A model generated the notes under the pieces. The model searched no databases and had not been told where the DNA came from. It saw only the letters and a program-made list of their open reading frames with translations. Shown one piece after another: positions 20,402-31,404 of a stretch of DNA of 64,000 nucleotides. A program made the translations under genes and the position numbers. How positions within the stretch are numbered: the first letter of the stretch is position 1; each line of letters opens with the position of its first letter. Source of the stretch: Thalassotalea sp. (lineage in GTDB: Bacteria; Pseudomonadota; Gammaproteobacteria; Enterobacterales; Alteromonadaceae); contig JBMZCX010000004.1 in NCBI GenBank assembly GCA_049613795.1, forward strand, positions 6,578 through 70,577, in the 5' to 3' direction.

Positions 20402-21445
20402 ATGCGCATTTATCATAACCAGTTGGCTAACACCATTAACAAAAATTTGGCCCCTATTTGGCTGATATTTGGTGACGAGCCTTGGCAAAAAGATGATGCG
20501 CTTAAACACATAAAAATGCATGCCCAGCAACAAGGTTTTAGTGAGCTTATTCGTTTTTATGTCGATGAAAAGTTTGACTGGAATGTGCTCACTCAAGAAT
20601 ACAATGCCCTGAGCCTTTTTGCTAACCAACGCATTATTGAGCTTGAATTAAGTACCAATAAAATTGGTGATGCTGGCAGTAAAGCGTTGTCTCAATTATG
20701 CGAAAACCTTTCTCCAGATATATTGCTTATTTTACATGGCGCTAAACTTGATGCACCTAGTCAAAAACGAAAGTGGTTTAAAACACTTGATACAAACGGA
20801 ATTTTCATTCCATTATACGACATTGAAGGTAAGCAGCTTAGCCAATGGATTTACAAACAAGCTCAGCAGTTAAGTATTAACTTACATCCTGATTTAACCT
20901 TAATGTTAGCAACACTTTTCGAAGGAAATTTACTGGCGCTATCACAAGAGTTAACTAAGCTTTCGCTACTTTTTGGTCAACAGCAAGTATCGATAGAAGA
21001 CGCTGAAAAAATTATCATCAAACAAGCTAAATTTAATGCCTTTCAGTTAACCGATGCAATGCTACAAGGAAATATTGCTAAATGCATCACCATGTTAGAT
21101 CAACTACAACAGGAAGGCGTTGCTGTTGCACAATTAATTTGGCCCATTCACAAAGAAATAGCCCAACTTGTAACGATGAAAGAAGCATTGAGTCAAGGAA
21201 AAACGCTAAATGAATTATATAGCCAATACCGTATTTGGGATAAACGTAAACCGTTATACCAACAGGCATTAACCACTATTAGCGCTGAAAACTTGGCTCA
21301 TGCACAAGTGCGTTTAGCACAAACTGATTTAATCACCAAAACCAGCACCGAATTTAACGGCTACTTACTACTTGCTGATGTTATGAGTGTCTTATATCAC
21401 GGTGAAAATTTACACAAACTCGCGCTTAATTATGAATATTCATAA
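20402..21445 (+). CDS. holA: DNA polymerase III subunit delta
   Basis: LIFGDEP, SLFAN, EGNLLALSQEL; synteny. Confidence 0.95.
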   Translation: MRIYHNQLANTINKNLAPIWLIFGDEPWQKDDALKHIKMHAQQQGFSELIRFYVDEKFDWNVLTQEYNALSLFANQRIIELELSTNKIGDAGSKALSQLCENLSPDILLILHGAKLDAPSQKRKWFKTLDTNGIFIPLYDIEGKQLSQWIYKQAQQLSINLHPDLTLMLATLFEGNLLALSQELTKLSLLFGQQQVSIEDAEKIIIKQAKFNAFQLTDAMLQGNIAKCITMLDQLQQEGVAVAQLIWPIHKEIAQLVTMKEALSQGKTLNELYSQYRIWDKRKPLYQQALTTISAENLAHAQVRLAQTDLITKTSTEFNGYLLLADVMSVLYHGENLHKLALNYEYS

Positions 21446-21468
21446 GCCTATAGAAGTTAGTAAATAGC

Positions 21469-22113
21469 ATGAGTAATAATGAGTTAGGCATTTTTGGTGG
21501 TACGTTTGATCCTATTCATAACGGACATATTCAGTCAGTACTTACTACGGCTAAGCACATAGCAATAAGTAAGGTTTTGCTTGTACCTGCTCATATTCCA
21601 CCGCATAAAAACAATGTGATTGCCAATAGCCAACACCGATTAAAAATGGCAGAAATGGTATGCCAGCATCAACCATTGTTTAGCTGTGATGCACGTGAAT
21701 TAAAACGTGACCTCCCCTCTTATACCGTTGATACATTAAAAGAGATCAGCCAAAGCTATCCTAAGCAAACACTTTATTTATTTATTGGCATGGACTCCCT
21801 GTTAAATTTTACCACTTGGCATCAATGGCAAACTATTTTAACCCTTTGCCATGTAGTCGTTAGTAGTCGACCAAGCTACACTCATGAACAAATTAATCAA
21901 GCAACCAAGCAACTGCTTGCCCAACATCAAGTCACTACCGTTGATCGACTAAAGCAAACGCCTTCTGGCAAAATATATATTTATCAACAAGCTGATTTTT
22001 CAGTTTCATCAACCAACATCAGACAAAAGCTACAACAAAAGAGTGAACGGCTAAATGATTTACCCGAATATATTTCACAATATATTAATGATCATCAGCT
22101 TTATCGAAAGTAA
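21469..22113 (+). CDS. nadD: Nicotinate-nucleotide adenylyltransferase
   Basis: GGTFDPIHNGH, SYTVDTL, IGMDS, SST. Confidence 0.96.
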   Translation: MSNNELGIFGGTFDPIHNGHIQSVLTTAKHIAISKVLLVPAHIPPHKNNVIANSQHRLKMAEMVCQHQPLFSCDARELKRDLPSYTVDTLKEISQSYPKQTLYLFIGMDSLLNFTTWHQWQTILTLCHVVVSSRPSYTHEQINQATKQLLAQHQVTTVDRLKQTPSGKIYIYQQADFSVSSTNIRQKLQQKSERLNDLPEYISQYINDHQLYRK

Positions 22114-22244
22114 TAAAGCTCAAGGTCACCTGAAAATTGTGTGCTTATTTAAAGTTTGTTTCATTTTTCTTAGATAGAGCTTGTTAACCTCTCTCCTTTT
22201 TAATGATATTATGTCAGTAATATTAGTTGAAAAGAGAAAATCCA

Positions 22245-22562
22245 TTGCAAACTGAAGCTTTAACTGCTTTTGTTGTTGAAACTATCGAAGACATGAAAGG
22301 TCGCGATATCACAACAATTAACATTTCTAAAAAATCTAACTTTGCTGACTTTATGGTTATTGCCTCAGGCAATTCAAACCGTCATGTCAAATCAATTGCT
22401 CAATCAGTTACCCTTGAATGTCGTGCGAAAGGTAGTGAACCTTTAGGTGTGGAAGGAAATGATATTGGTGAATGGGCACTCGTCGACTTAGGCGATGTTG
22501 TCGTTCATATAATGACTGACGAAATGCGTGACCGCTATCAACTAGAACAACTTTGGGAATAG
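22245..22562 (+). CDS. rsfS: Ribosome silencing factor
   Basis: DMKGRDI, ASGNSNRHVKS, WALVDLGDVVVH, YQLEQLW. TTG start at 22245 or 22227. Confidence 0.94.
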   Translation: MQTEALTAFVVETIEDMKGRDITTINISKKSNFADFMVIASGNSNRHVKSIAQSVTLECRAKGSEPLGVEGNDIGEWALVDLGDVVVHIMTDEMRDRYQLEQLWE

Positions 22563-22573
22563 ATTAATTCACC

Positions 22574-23044
22574 ATGCGTTTAACCTTATATGCTGTTGGC
22601 AACAAAATGCCAGCATGGGTGGCTGAAGGATTTAACGAATACTGTCGTCGGTTCCCTCGTGACATGTCATTTCATTTAGTTGAAATATCTCCGGGCAAAC
22701 GCGGTAAGAATGCTGACATTGCACGCATATTAGAAAAAGAAGGTGAATTAACCCTTGCCGCTATTCCTAAAGGTAACCGTATTGTTACCCTTGAGGTTGA
22801 AGGCAAGCCGTGGACAACACCAGTATTAGCACAGCAACTTGAACGTTGGCAACACGACGGACGTGACGTAGCTTTACTGGTAGGCGGCCCTGAAGGACTA
22901 GCTCCAGCTTGTATACAAGCATCAGAACAAAAGTGGTCATTATCGCCACTAACGCTACCGCACCCAATGGTAAGAATTGTTGTTGCCGAAAGCTTATATA
23001 GAGCTTGGAGCATAAATAATAATCACCCTTATCACCGAGAGTAA
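22574..23044 (+). CDS. rlmH: 23S rRNA pseudouridine(1915)-N3 methyltransferase
   Basis: [26 protein letters not shown]. Confidence 0.97.
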   Translation: MRLTLYAVGNKMPAWVAEGFNEYCRRFPRDMSFHLVEISPGKRGKNADIARILEKEGELTLAAIPKGNRIVTLEVEGKPWTTPVLAQQLERWQHDGRDVALLVGGPEGLAPACIQASEQKWSLSPLTLPHPMVRIVVAESLYRAWSINNNHPYHRE

Positions 23045-23046
23045 CA

Positions 23047-25017
23047 ATGGCGACTAAGCGCGTTTCTATTCGAAATCATACCGCTGAAGCTAACTTATTT
23101 GCCCGCAGAGCTTTTTTTACGTTGCTAGGCGTATTAGCCATGTTGCTAACGCTATTCTACAATGCCTTTCAATTAGAAATTGTCGCTTACGAAAAGTATA
23201 AAACACGTTCAAATTCAAACCGCATCAAGCTTTTACCTGTAGCGCCTAATAGAGGGCTTATTTACGATCGAAATGGTGTATTACTGGCTGAAAACAAGCC
23301 CGTTTATAGCTTAGAAATTATTGCAGAACAAGTGCCTGATCTGACTAAAACAATTGAAGATCTAAGTCTGCTATTAGACATCAGCAAAGAGCGACAACAA
23401 AAAGTATTTAAATCGCTAAAAAGTAAACGTCGTTTTAAGCCTATCGAAATTAAATCACGTTTAAGTGAACATCAAGTGGCTCTTTTTTCAGTCAATCAAC
23501 ACAAGTTTCCTGGTGTTTTTATCGACGCACGCTTAAAGCGTTATTATCCCTTTAGTGACTTAACCACACATTCCTTAGGTTATGTGGCACGAATAAACCG
23601 CAGAGACGAAATTAAACTAGAAGAGCAAGGAAAATCTGAAAATTATGCCGCTACACGTAATATCGGTAAACTTGGCTTAGAAAAATACTACCAAGATATT
23701 TTGCACGGCACCATTGGCCACCAAGAAGTTGAAATAAACAACCAAGGTCGAATTATTCGCACCCTTAATTTTACCCCGCCAACACCGGGTAAAGACCTTA
23801 CGCTCACTTTAGATATTGAACTACAGATGATCGCTAAACGCGCTTTATCAGGCAAACGCGGTGCTATTGTAGCGATTGACCCTCGTGATGGCGGCGTACT
23901 TGCCATGTATTCTAATCCTAGCTACAACGGTAATTTATTTGTTCACGGTATAAGCCATAAAAATTACAATAAGTTAACTGGCTCTAAAGATTTACCGTTA
24001 ATTAATCGAAGCCTTCAAGGCTACCCTCCTGCATCTACTATTAAACCATTACTTGCATTAACGGGTTTAGAAGATGGCGTAATTACTGAACATACGACCA
24101 TTAATGACCGAGGTGTATACCAACTCCCAGGGATTGAAACAAAACGTAGAGATTGGAAGAAATGGGGGCATGGTAAAGTCAATTTAACTAAGTCTTTAGA
24201 GCAATCTTGTAATATTTATTATTACGACCTTTCATACAAACTGGGAATTACTAAAATCGCCCGAATGATGGAGAAGTTTGGTTTTGGTGATTACACAGGT
24301 ATTGACCTTCATGAAGAAAATCGCGCCATTATGCCCAGTGTTGAATGGAAACGTGCCCGTTATGGTAAAGCTTGGTATACCGGTGAAACCTTGTCAGTAG
24401 GAATTGGTCAAAGTTTTTGGACCGTTACCCCGCTACAACTCGCTCAAGCAATGTCTATTTTAACTAATAGAGGGCAAATTAAAGTACCTCATTTATTAAA
24501 AGCCTCTAGTGTCGTTAGTTTTAGTAATGAAGGTAATGGCTTAGAGCGAAAAGTAAGTACCACAGAGCAAGAAATCGACCTCAAGCCCCCTATTATCTTA
24601 AAAAATAATAGAAACTGGGAACTCGTGCTTGATGGGATGCACAACACAGTACAAAAAAAAGGCGCTACAGGTTATAACGCATTCAAAGGCACACGCTACG
24701 ATGCTGCAGGAAAAACAGGCTCGGCTCAAGTGGCAAGTATCGGCCAAGATGAAAAATACAATGCGGAAACAACCCAAGAAAGTAAACGTGACAATGCAAT
24801 GTTTGTTGCCTTTGCTCCCTATGAAAATCCAGAAATAGTGGTTGCGGTTGCTATTGAAAACGTTGCCAAAGGTGGTGGAGCAACTAATGCAGCACCTGTT
24901 GCCCGACAAATTATGGATCAATATTTTGGTAATCGTGAAATAGTAAGTAAAACTAAACATTTATTACATGACAACACCTACCACCCTGTAGGTAAAAAAA
25001 AGGCTAAAAAACGATAA
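23047..25017 (+). CDS. mrdA: Penicillin-binding protein 2
   Basis: STIK (SxxK), SCN (SxN), KTG; RGLIYDRNG. Confidence 0.97.
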   Translation: MATKRVSIRNHTAEANLFARRAFFTLLGVLAMLLTLFYNAFQLEIVAYEKYKTRSNSNRIKLLPVAPNRGLIYDRNGVLLAENKPVYSLEIIAEQVPDLTKTIEDLSLLLDISKERQQKVFKSLKSKRRFKPIEIKSRLSEHQVALFSVNQHKFPGVFIDARLKRYYPFSDLTTHSLGYVARINRRDEIKLEEQGKSENYAATRNIGKLGLEKYYQDILHGTIGHQEVEINNQGRIIRTLNFTPPTPGKDLTLTLDIELQMIAKRALSGKRGAIVAIDPRDGGVLAMYSNPSYNGNLFVHGISHKNYNKLTGSKDLPLINRSLQGYPPASTIKPLLALTGLEDGVITEHTTINDRGVYQLPGIETKRRDWKKWGHGKVNLTKSLEQSCNIYYYDLSYKLGITKIARMMEKFGFGDYTGIDLHEENRAIMPSVEWKRARYGKAWYTGETLSVGIGQSFWTVTPLQLAQAMSILTNRGQIKVPHLLKASSVVSFSNEGNGLERKVSTTEQEIDLKPPIILKNNRNWELVLDGMHNTVQKKGATGYNAFKGTRYDAAGKTGSAQVASIGQDEKYNAETTQESKRDNAMFVAFAPYENPEIVVAVAIENVAKGGGATNAAPVARQIMDQYFGNREIVSKTKHLLHDNTYHPVGKKKAKKR

Positions 25018-26132
25018 TGCGCTCTACGGGACAAGATCAACAAAAGCAACGTAGCATTTGGCAACGACTGCATATTGATATACCACTACTTATCGGTATT
25101 TTGTCCTTAATGGTACTTGGACTATTTATTGTTTATAGTGCGGGCGGTCAAAGTATTGATATGGCAATAAAACAAGCGAGAAATATGGGAATAGCCCTTA
25201 TCGTTATGTTTGTTATTGCACAAATCCCCCCATTAATTTATCGAAAGTGGGCCGTACCTGTATTTGTATTAGGAATATTATTATTAATAGCGGTACTATT
25301 ATTTGGTCATGTCGGCAAAGGAGCAAGGCGCTGGATTAACTTAGGCGTTTTTATGTTTCAGCCCTCAGAAGTAATGAAACTAATAGTACCAATAATGATT
25401 GCATGGTATGTAAGCCAGCAAGACCTGCCTGTACGCATTCTTCATGTTATTTTAGCCTTTGTATTATTACTGATCCCCACATTACTCATTGCAAGGCAAC
25501 CCGACTTAGGCACATCTTTACTTATCGCCAGTTCAGGTATATTTGTTATTTTTCTAGCGGGCGCTAGTTGGAAACTGATAGGCTCTTGCGCCATTCTTAT
25601 ATCAGCATTTATCCCCATTTTATGGTCATTCTTAATGAAGCCATATCAAAAACAACGAGTACTCACTTTTTTAAACCCAGAGCAAGACCCACTTGGTTCG
25701 GGTTATCACATTATTCAATCTAAAATAGCCATCGGCTCTGGTGGCCTCCATGGAAAAGGCTGGCTGCAAGGTACACAATCACAACTTGAATTTTTGCCTG
25801 AACGACATACTGATTTTATTTTTGCCGTTTTCAGTGAAGAGTTTGGCTTAATTGGTGTTACCGTTTTATTACTTGTTTACTTAGCCCTAGTTATGCGTGG
25901 TTTATGGATTGCCGTACACGCTCAACACGCCTTTACTAAACTGCTGGCGGGTAGCTTAACATTAACATTCTTTGTTTATGTATTTGTTAACATAGGTATG
26001 GTTTCAGGATTATTACCCGTAGTAGGTGTACCTTTACCGCTAGTCAGTTATGGTGGTACATCAATGGTCACCTTAATGGCAGGTTTTGGCATATTAATGG
26101 CAATTAGTACGCATCGTAGGTTTATCGCTTAA
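25017..26132 (+). CDS. mrdB: Rod shape-determining protein RodA
   Basis: GARRW, QPSE, QPDLGT, LPERHTDFIF, SYGG. Confidence 0.97.
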   Translation: MRSTGQDQQKQRSIWQRLHIDIPLLIGILSLMVLGLFIVYSAGGQSIDMAIKQARNMGIALIVMFVIAQIPPLIYRKWAVPVFVLGILLLIAVLLFGHVGKGARRWINLGVFMFQPSEVMKLIVPIMIAWYVSQQDLPVRILHVILAFVLLLIPTLLIARQPDLGTSLLIASSGIFVIFLAGASWKLIGSCAILISAFIPILWSFLMKPYQKQRVLTFLNPEQDPLGSGYHIIQSKIAIGSGGLHGKGWLQGTQSQLEFLPERHTDFIFAVFSEEFGLIGVTVLLLVYLALVMRGLWIAVHAQHAFTKLLAGSLTLTFFVYVFVNIGMVSGLLPVVGVPLPLVSYGGTSMVTLMAGFGILMAISTHRRFIA

Positions 26133-26168
26133 CCCTTATCTTTCATGCAAAAATAAAGTATCGATATC

Positions 26169-26954
26169 ATGACAATAACAATAAAATTCTTATTCGCCTT
26201 ATTTTTCATAATACTATTATCAAGCTGCAGCCAACAATATGGCCGTTATCAGCAGCAACATGACAGCACTCCTACTCGCCTCCCTACTTATCATGAGCTC
26301 AAAGATGCTGTTCCCAGAATTGAAGCGCAAAGTAGAGGTGGCAATAAAAATTATACCGTTCGAGGAAAAAACTATTCCGTACTAAAAAGTGCAGTCGGCT
26401 TTAGTGAAAAAGGAATTGCATCATGGTATGGCAATAAATTTCATGGGCATTTAACTTCAAATGGTGAAATTTATAATATGTACGGCATGAGTGCGGCTCA
26501 TAAAAATCTGCCGCTACCGAGCTATGTAAAAGTGACTAATTTGGCAAATAATAAAACGGTTATTGTGCGCGTTAACGACCGTGGCCCCTTCCATCACAAC
26601 CGTATTATCGACTTATCGTATAGTGCAGCTTACAAACTTAATATGTTAAAAACAGGTACAGCCAACGTTTTAATTGAAGTATTACCTAAAGTATCTCCAG
26701 CAGCGAGCCTTAAGAATCCAGTTAAAACAACGGCAATGAAACATATTCAAGTGTTCACAACTAAAGACAAACACATTGCAAAGAAAACAGCTTCTACACT
26801 AGCCTTATTATATCAATACCCAGCCATTGCCTATGAAAAAAATGGTACTTATAAAGTGCAAATAGGGCCCATACATAATAAAAATCAGCTTAATATATTA
26901 TTAAATAATTTACGAAAAAATGGTTATTCGGGGGCATTTAAAGTCGCACTTTAA
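26169..26954 (+). CDS. rlpA: Septal ring lytic transglycosylase RlpA lipoprotein
   Basis: Lipobox LSSC, ASWYG, RVNDRGPF, IIDLS, C-terminal SPOR-like domain. Confidence 0.93.
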   Translation: MTITIKFLFALFFIILLSSCSQQYGRYQQQHDSTPTRLPTYHELKDAVPRIEAQSRGGNKNYTVRGKNYSVLKSAVGFSEKGIASWYGNKFHGHLTSNGEIYNMYGMSAAHKNLPLPSYVKVTNLANNKTVIVRVNDRGPFHHNRIIDLSYSAAYKLNMLKTGTANVLIEVLPKVSPAASLKNPVKTTAMKHIQVFTTKDKHIAKKTASTLALLYQYPAIAYEKNGTYKVQIGPIHNKNQLNILLNNLRKNGYSGAFKVAL

Positions 26955-27086
26955 AAATTCAGCGTCTCTATCGCCACATACTGAAACAATTTGCTAGCTT
27001 ATCGCCGTGGTATTCAATATTAAAACTGGTATACTTTTGTAAAAATAATTTATCTCATTTAATTGACCATCTTTCACAGGATTATT

Positions 27087-28283
27087 ATGCCCTCTACATC
27101 GGCCAAACAACTGCCAAATCATCAAAAAAAACTTATCTCACTTATTGGCACACTTGCATTAACTGTTTGTTCAGCTTCATTCGCGGCAACCATTATTCCA
27201 CCGCCACCTAAAATTGACGCTAAAGGCCATATTTTAATTGACTACTCTACAGGTAAAGTCATTGCGGAAGAAAATTCTGACGTATTATTAGCGCCTGCTA
27301 GCTTAACTAAAATGATGACGAGCTACATTATTGGTAAAGAATTACAAAATGGTAATATTACCGAAAATGACAAAGTAAAAATTAGTGAAAATGCTTGGGC
27401 TACCGGTAACCCTATTTTTAAAGGTTCTTCGTTAATGTTCCTTGAAGTAGGTAAAGAAGTTGAAGTGTCGTTACTCAATAGAGGGATCATTATTTCGTCT
27501 GGTAATGACGCTTGTGTTGCCATGGCAGAGCATATTGCTGGCAGTGAAGGTGCATTTACTGACTTAATGAATGCACACGCAGAGCAATTGGGCATGAGTA
27601 GCAGCTATTTTGAAAATAGTCACGGACTCGACAGCCAAGAGCATAAAACCACACCACGTGACATGGCGACATTAGCTAGCGCTTTAATTCGAGACGTACC
27701 TGAAGAATACGCGCTTTATAAAGAGAAGTCGTTCAAATATAACAATATTCCGCAGTATAACCGCAACCGCTTGCTTTGGGATAAAAGCATGAACGTTGAC
27801 GGTCTTAAAACAGGGCATACATCGCAAGCAGGTTACAGCTTAGTGACTTCAGCAACAAAAGGTGAAATGCGCTTAATTAGTGTCGTTATGGGTACAGACA
27901 GCCAACGCGCAAGAACGGTAGAGAGCAAAAAACTACTCAATTACGGTTTTCGCTTTTTTGAAACCTACACGCCTTACCAAGCAGGTGAAAAATTTGTTAG
28001 CGACCGTGTATGGATGGGCGATACCAAACAAGTAGATTTAGGTATTTTAGAAAGTACCCCGATCACAATTCCTCGTGGTAATCGTAAAAACCTTAAAGCT
28101 AACTTTGAGCTTTCACGCCAACTAACGGCACCACTCAATAAAGGCGAAGTCGTTGGTACTGTATTTTTACAACTTAATGGTGAAGACATTGCAAACTACC
28201 CGCTAGTGACTTTACAGGAAGTTAAAGAAGGTGGCATGTTTAGCCGTTTAGTTGACTATGTTAAATTGCAATTTAATGAGTAA
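27087..28283 (+). CDS. dacA: D-alanyl-D-alanine carboxypeptidase (PBP5/6)
   Basis: PASLTK, SGN, KTG. ATG 27087 preferred. Confidence 0.93.
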   Translation: MPSTSAKQLPNHQKKLISLIGTLALTVCSASFAATIIPPPPKIDAKGHILIDYSTGKVIAEENSDVLLAPASLTKMMTSYIIGKELQNGNITENDKVKISENAWATGNPIFKGSSLMFLEVGKEVEVSLLNRGIIISSGNDACVAMAEHIAGSEGAFTDLMNAHAEQLGMSSSYFENSHGLDSQEHKTTPRDMATLASALIRDVPEEYALYKEKSFKYNNIPQYNRNRLLWDKSMNVDGLKTGHTSQAGYSLVTSATKGEMRLISVVMGTDSQRARTVESKKLLNYGFRFFETYTPYQAGEKFVSDRVWMGDTKQVDLGILESTPITIPRGNRKNLKANFELSRQLTAPLNKGEVVGTVFLQLNGEDIANYPLVTLQEVKEGGMFSRLVDYVKLQFNE

Positions 28284-28355
28284 TACCATCTTACGGTATA
28301 ATTCTATTCTTTGATTTCTATCAAAGCGCGGGTAATAAAATAGCCGTTAAAATTC

Positions 28356-28381
28356 AAAACTCAGCATTTGCTGAGTTTTTT
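28356..28381 (+). terminator. Rho-independent terminator after dacA
   Basis: AAAACTCAGCA-tt-TGCTGAGTTTT then T-run. Confidence 0.75.
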
Positions 28382-28484
28382 GCATTTATCATATCAACAA
28401 CTATTAAAGTAATACCGTTTTGCATTGTTAATAAAAGTGATAAAATAGCGTAATAGGCTACTCGCTCAATAAATTGGTGTAAAA

Positions 28485-28748
28485 ATGAAAACAAAGTTTG
28501 ATGAATTATTAGATTTCCCTACCGTATTAAATTTCAAAGTAATGGGTGTTGCGTGCGATGAACTGCCTGATTTAATTATTGCTGAGCTGCAAAAACATAC
28601 GCCAGGTGATTACTCACCAAAAATAAAACCAAGCTCAAAGGGAAATTATCATTCAGTGTCTATTGCCGTAACCGTAACGAGCAAAGATCATATAGAAACT
28701 ATTTATAAAACGTTAACCGCCATTGAAGAAGTGCGTTACGTGCTGTAG
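28485..28748 (+). CDS. ybeD: DUF493 family protein YbeD
   Basis: [20 protein letters not shown]; position between dacA and lipB. Confidence 0.93.
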   Translation: MKTKFDELLDFPTVLNFKVMGVACDELPDLIIAELQKHTPGDYSPKIKPSSKGNYHSVSIAVTVTSKDHIETIYKTLTAIEEVRYVL

Positions 28749-28823
28749 CTCATGCTTAGCAAATAGCTACAAAGCTAAGTTTTATTCGGATATAATACGC
28801 TATACAGAACAACTAGAGAATTA

Positions 28824-29483
28824 ATGTTGAAAAATTCGTTAATTATTCGCCAGTTAAACACGTTAGATTACACTACTGTTTGGCGAGCTATGCAGCAATT
28901 TACTGATACTCGCACAGATGAAACTGACGAATTATGGTTAGTTGAGCACCCTGCGGTATTCACGCAAGGTCAAGCTGGGAAAGAAGAGCATTTACTAATG
29001 CCAGGCGATATTCCTGTTGTTAAAGTGGATCGTGGAGGCCAAGTAACGTATCACGGGCCTGGACAACAAGTTATCTATTTTATGATCAACCTGCGCCGTC
29101 GAAAAATGGGTGTACGCGAATTAGTCACATTAATTGAAAATGGCATTATTGCCGCCTTAGCTGACTTTAATATAACAGCCTACGCAAAGGCTGATGCACC
29201 AGGGGTTTATGTTAATAATAAAAAAATAGCCTCGTTAGGGCTAAGAGTTCGAAAAGGCTGTTCATTTCATGGCCTAGCGCTAAATGTAAATATGGATTTA
29301 GCGCCATTTTTACGTATTAACCCATGCGGTTATGCGGGTCTTGAAATGGTACAAACAGCAGATTTAGGTGGCCCAGAAACCATAGAAGGCGCCAGTGAAT
29401 CATTAGTTCGGCATTTAACCAAGTTACTTAATGCTGAAAATATTAATTACCAAACAGGGTTAGATCAAAGTTATGACCACTAA
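28824..29483 (+). CDS. lipB: Octanoyltransferase
   Basis: [32 protein letters not shown]. Confidence 0.97.
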   Translation: MLKNSLIIRQLNTLDYTTVWRAMQQFTDTRTDETDELWLVEHPAVFTQGQAGKEEHLLMPGDIPVVKVDRGGQVTYHGPGQQVIYFMINLRRRKMGVRELVTLIENGIIAALADFNITAYAKADAPGVYVNNKKIASLGLRVRKGCSFHGLALNVNMDLAPFLRINPCGYAGLEMVQTADLGGPETIEGASESLVRHLTKLLNAENINYQTGLDQSYDH

Positions 29484-30441
29484 ATCATCTCGCATTGCTC
29501 CCGGCACTAAATTACGTGACGCCGAAAAAATGGCGCATATTCCAATTCAAGTGATCCCTTCTGAACGTGAAACCATGTTACGTAAACCAGAGTGGCTAAG
29601 AATTAAGTTACCGAGATCATCAGAACGTATTGACCAGATAAAAGCATCACTGCGTAAGCATGATCTTCACTCGGTATGTGAAGAAGCGTCATGTCCTAAT
29701 TTATCAGAATGCTTTAACCATGGTACCGCAACATTTATGATTTTAGGCGATATATGTACGCGCCGTTGTCCATTTTGTGATGTTGGCCATGGTCGCCCTT
29801 TAGCGGCAGACAGCGAAGAACCAAAAAAACTCGCGCTTACGCTTAAAGATATGGCATTAAAATATGTGGTTATTACTTCTGTAGATCGCGATGACTTGCG
29901 TGATGGCGGCGCTCAGCAATTCGCGGAATGTATTAAAGAAATTGATATTCATGCGCCTAATACAAAAGTTGAAATTTTAGTGCCTGACTTCCGTGGTCGA
30001 ATGGATCGTGCATTAGAGATTTTAAATCAACATCCACCGCATGTATTTAACCATAATTTAGAAACTGCGCCGCGCTTATACACAAAAGCACGTCCTGGGG
30101 CTAACTACCAATGGTCATTAGACTTACTGAAAAAGTTTGGTGAGGCTAACCCAAGTGTGCCGACTAAATCGGGTTTAATGGTTGGTTTAGGTGAAACCAA
30201 TGACGAAATACTTGAAGTAATGCGAGACTTACGTGCCCATGGCGTAACTATGCTAACCATTGGCCAATACTTACAACCAAGTAAGCATCACTTACCTGTT
30301 GAACGCTACGTTCATCCAGACGACTTTGATATGTTTCAGCGTGAAGCGATTAAAATGGGGTTTGAACATGCCGCTTGTGGTCCGTTAGTCAGATCAAGCT
30401 ATCATGCAGATAAGCAAGCTGCTGGTGAAGAAGTAAAATAA
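29473..30441 (+). CDS. lipA: Lipoyl synthase
   Basis: [26 protein letters not shown]. Confidence 0.98.
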   Translation: MTTKSSRIAPGTKLRDAEKMAHIPIQVIPSERETMLRKPEWLRIKLPRSSERIDQIKASLRKHDLHSVCEEASCPNLSECFNHGTATFMILGDICTRRCPFCDVGHGRPLAADSEEPKKLALTLKDMALKYVVITSVDRDDLRDGGAQQFAECIKEIDIHAPNTKVEILVPDFRGRMDRALEILNQHPPHVFNHNLETAPRLYTKARPGANYQWSLDLLKKFGEANPSVPTKSGLMVGLGETNDEILEVMRDLRAHGVTMLTIGQYLQPSKHHLPVERYVHPDDFDMFQREAIKMGFEHAACGPLVRSSYHADKQAAGEEVK

Positions 30442-30471
30442 TAAAGCACTATCTCAATCAAGTGCTATGCA

Positions 30472-31233
30472 TTACTTAGCGCTTGATTGAATCGCTTGAA
30501 GTGCCATTGTTTTCCCTTCTGGGGATAACTTGCTATATTTTAAATACTCAAAAAAGATCTGATTAGCGTTAACAGTTTTAATTAGTTCGTCTAATTTAGC
30601 TTTTAACAATAACCCTTTCTCATTATTTTGTACCGCAAAGCTCGCAGGTATGTCACCAATAGACTGATAAAACACACCGTAAATATTATTTTTTTCTAGT
30701 AAATTCATCACTGACGATCTTTCAAATAAAATAACGTCAATTCTTTTTCTTATCAGCATTTTAACCAATTGATTGAGGGTACTCACTTCAATGAAGTTTG
30801 ATTTATTTATGCCGAGTTGCTCTGCAAAAAAATTTGCATTGCCCGTAGTCGTGCCTATAGTTTTCAATTTAATAGCCGTAAGATCTAAATGTTTTTTTTC
30901 TAAGCTAAAAAGATCAGACGAAGTGCTAACTTCCCAATCCAGTTCAGCACCATATTGATAAAACTCCTCGGTTTCTAAGTTTTTTGGTGTGTGTCCCGCA
31001 ATATCTATTCTATTATTTTTAAGTTCATGCTTTGCTCTAGCATAAGTTGTTATTTTTATATCAAAAGTAAAATCTGATATTTTTTCTATTTCTCTGAGCA
31101 TATCAACAGTTAAACCTTTGCCATCTGCAGAAATAAAAGGCGGAAATGGTTCAAAAGCCACTACCAAATTTTCAGCGAATACACTGAAATTAAAGGTCGT
31201 TATCAATAATGTGATCAGGCTCAAAATTTTCAT
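30472..31233 (-). CDS. Orphan periplasmic substrate-binding protein (family 3-like)
   Basis: Signal peptide, FEPFPPF, YARAKHEL, LVKMLIRKRIDV. Confidence 0.75.
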   Translation of the reverse strand: MKILSLITLLITTFNFSVFAENLVVAFEPFPPFISADGKGLTVDMLREIEKISDFTFDIKITTYARAKHELKNNRIDIAGHTPKNLETEEFYQYGAELDWEVSTSSDLFSLEKKHLDLTAIKLKTIGTTTGNANFFAEQLGINKSNFIEVSTLNQLVKMLIRKRIDVILFERSSVMNLLEKNNIYGVFYQSIGDIPASFAVQNNEKGLLLKAKLDELIKTVNANQIFFEYLKYSKLSPEGKTMALQAIQSSAK

Positions 31234-31360
31234 AAATTCAGGTTCAAGAATACAGTAAATATCTGTGATTTAAGTAACGTATCACTATTTACTATAGGCA
31301 TAAACTAAAAGGTTAACAATAAAAGGTGACTGAGGTGTAAATATCACCTAATAATTAATT

Positions 31361-31404
31361 ATACCAAATCGTATAAGAGTGTGATCACTTATACGGAATG
31401 GTAT
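31361..31404. repeat. Short palindromic TA-flanked element (collapsed ERIC/MITE-like copy); may act as terminator
   Basis: ATACC-aaat-CGTATAAG-agtgtgatca-CTTATACG-gaat-GGTAT. Confidence 0.55.
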
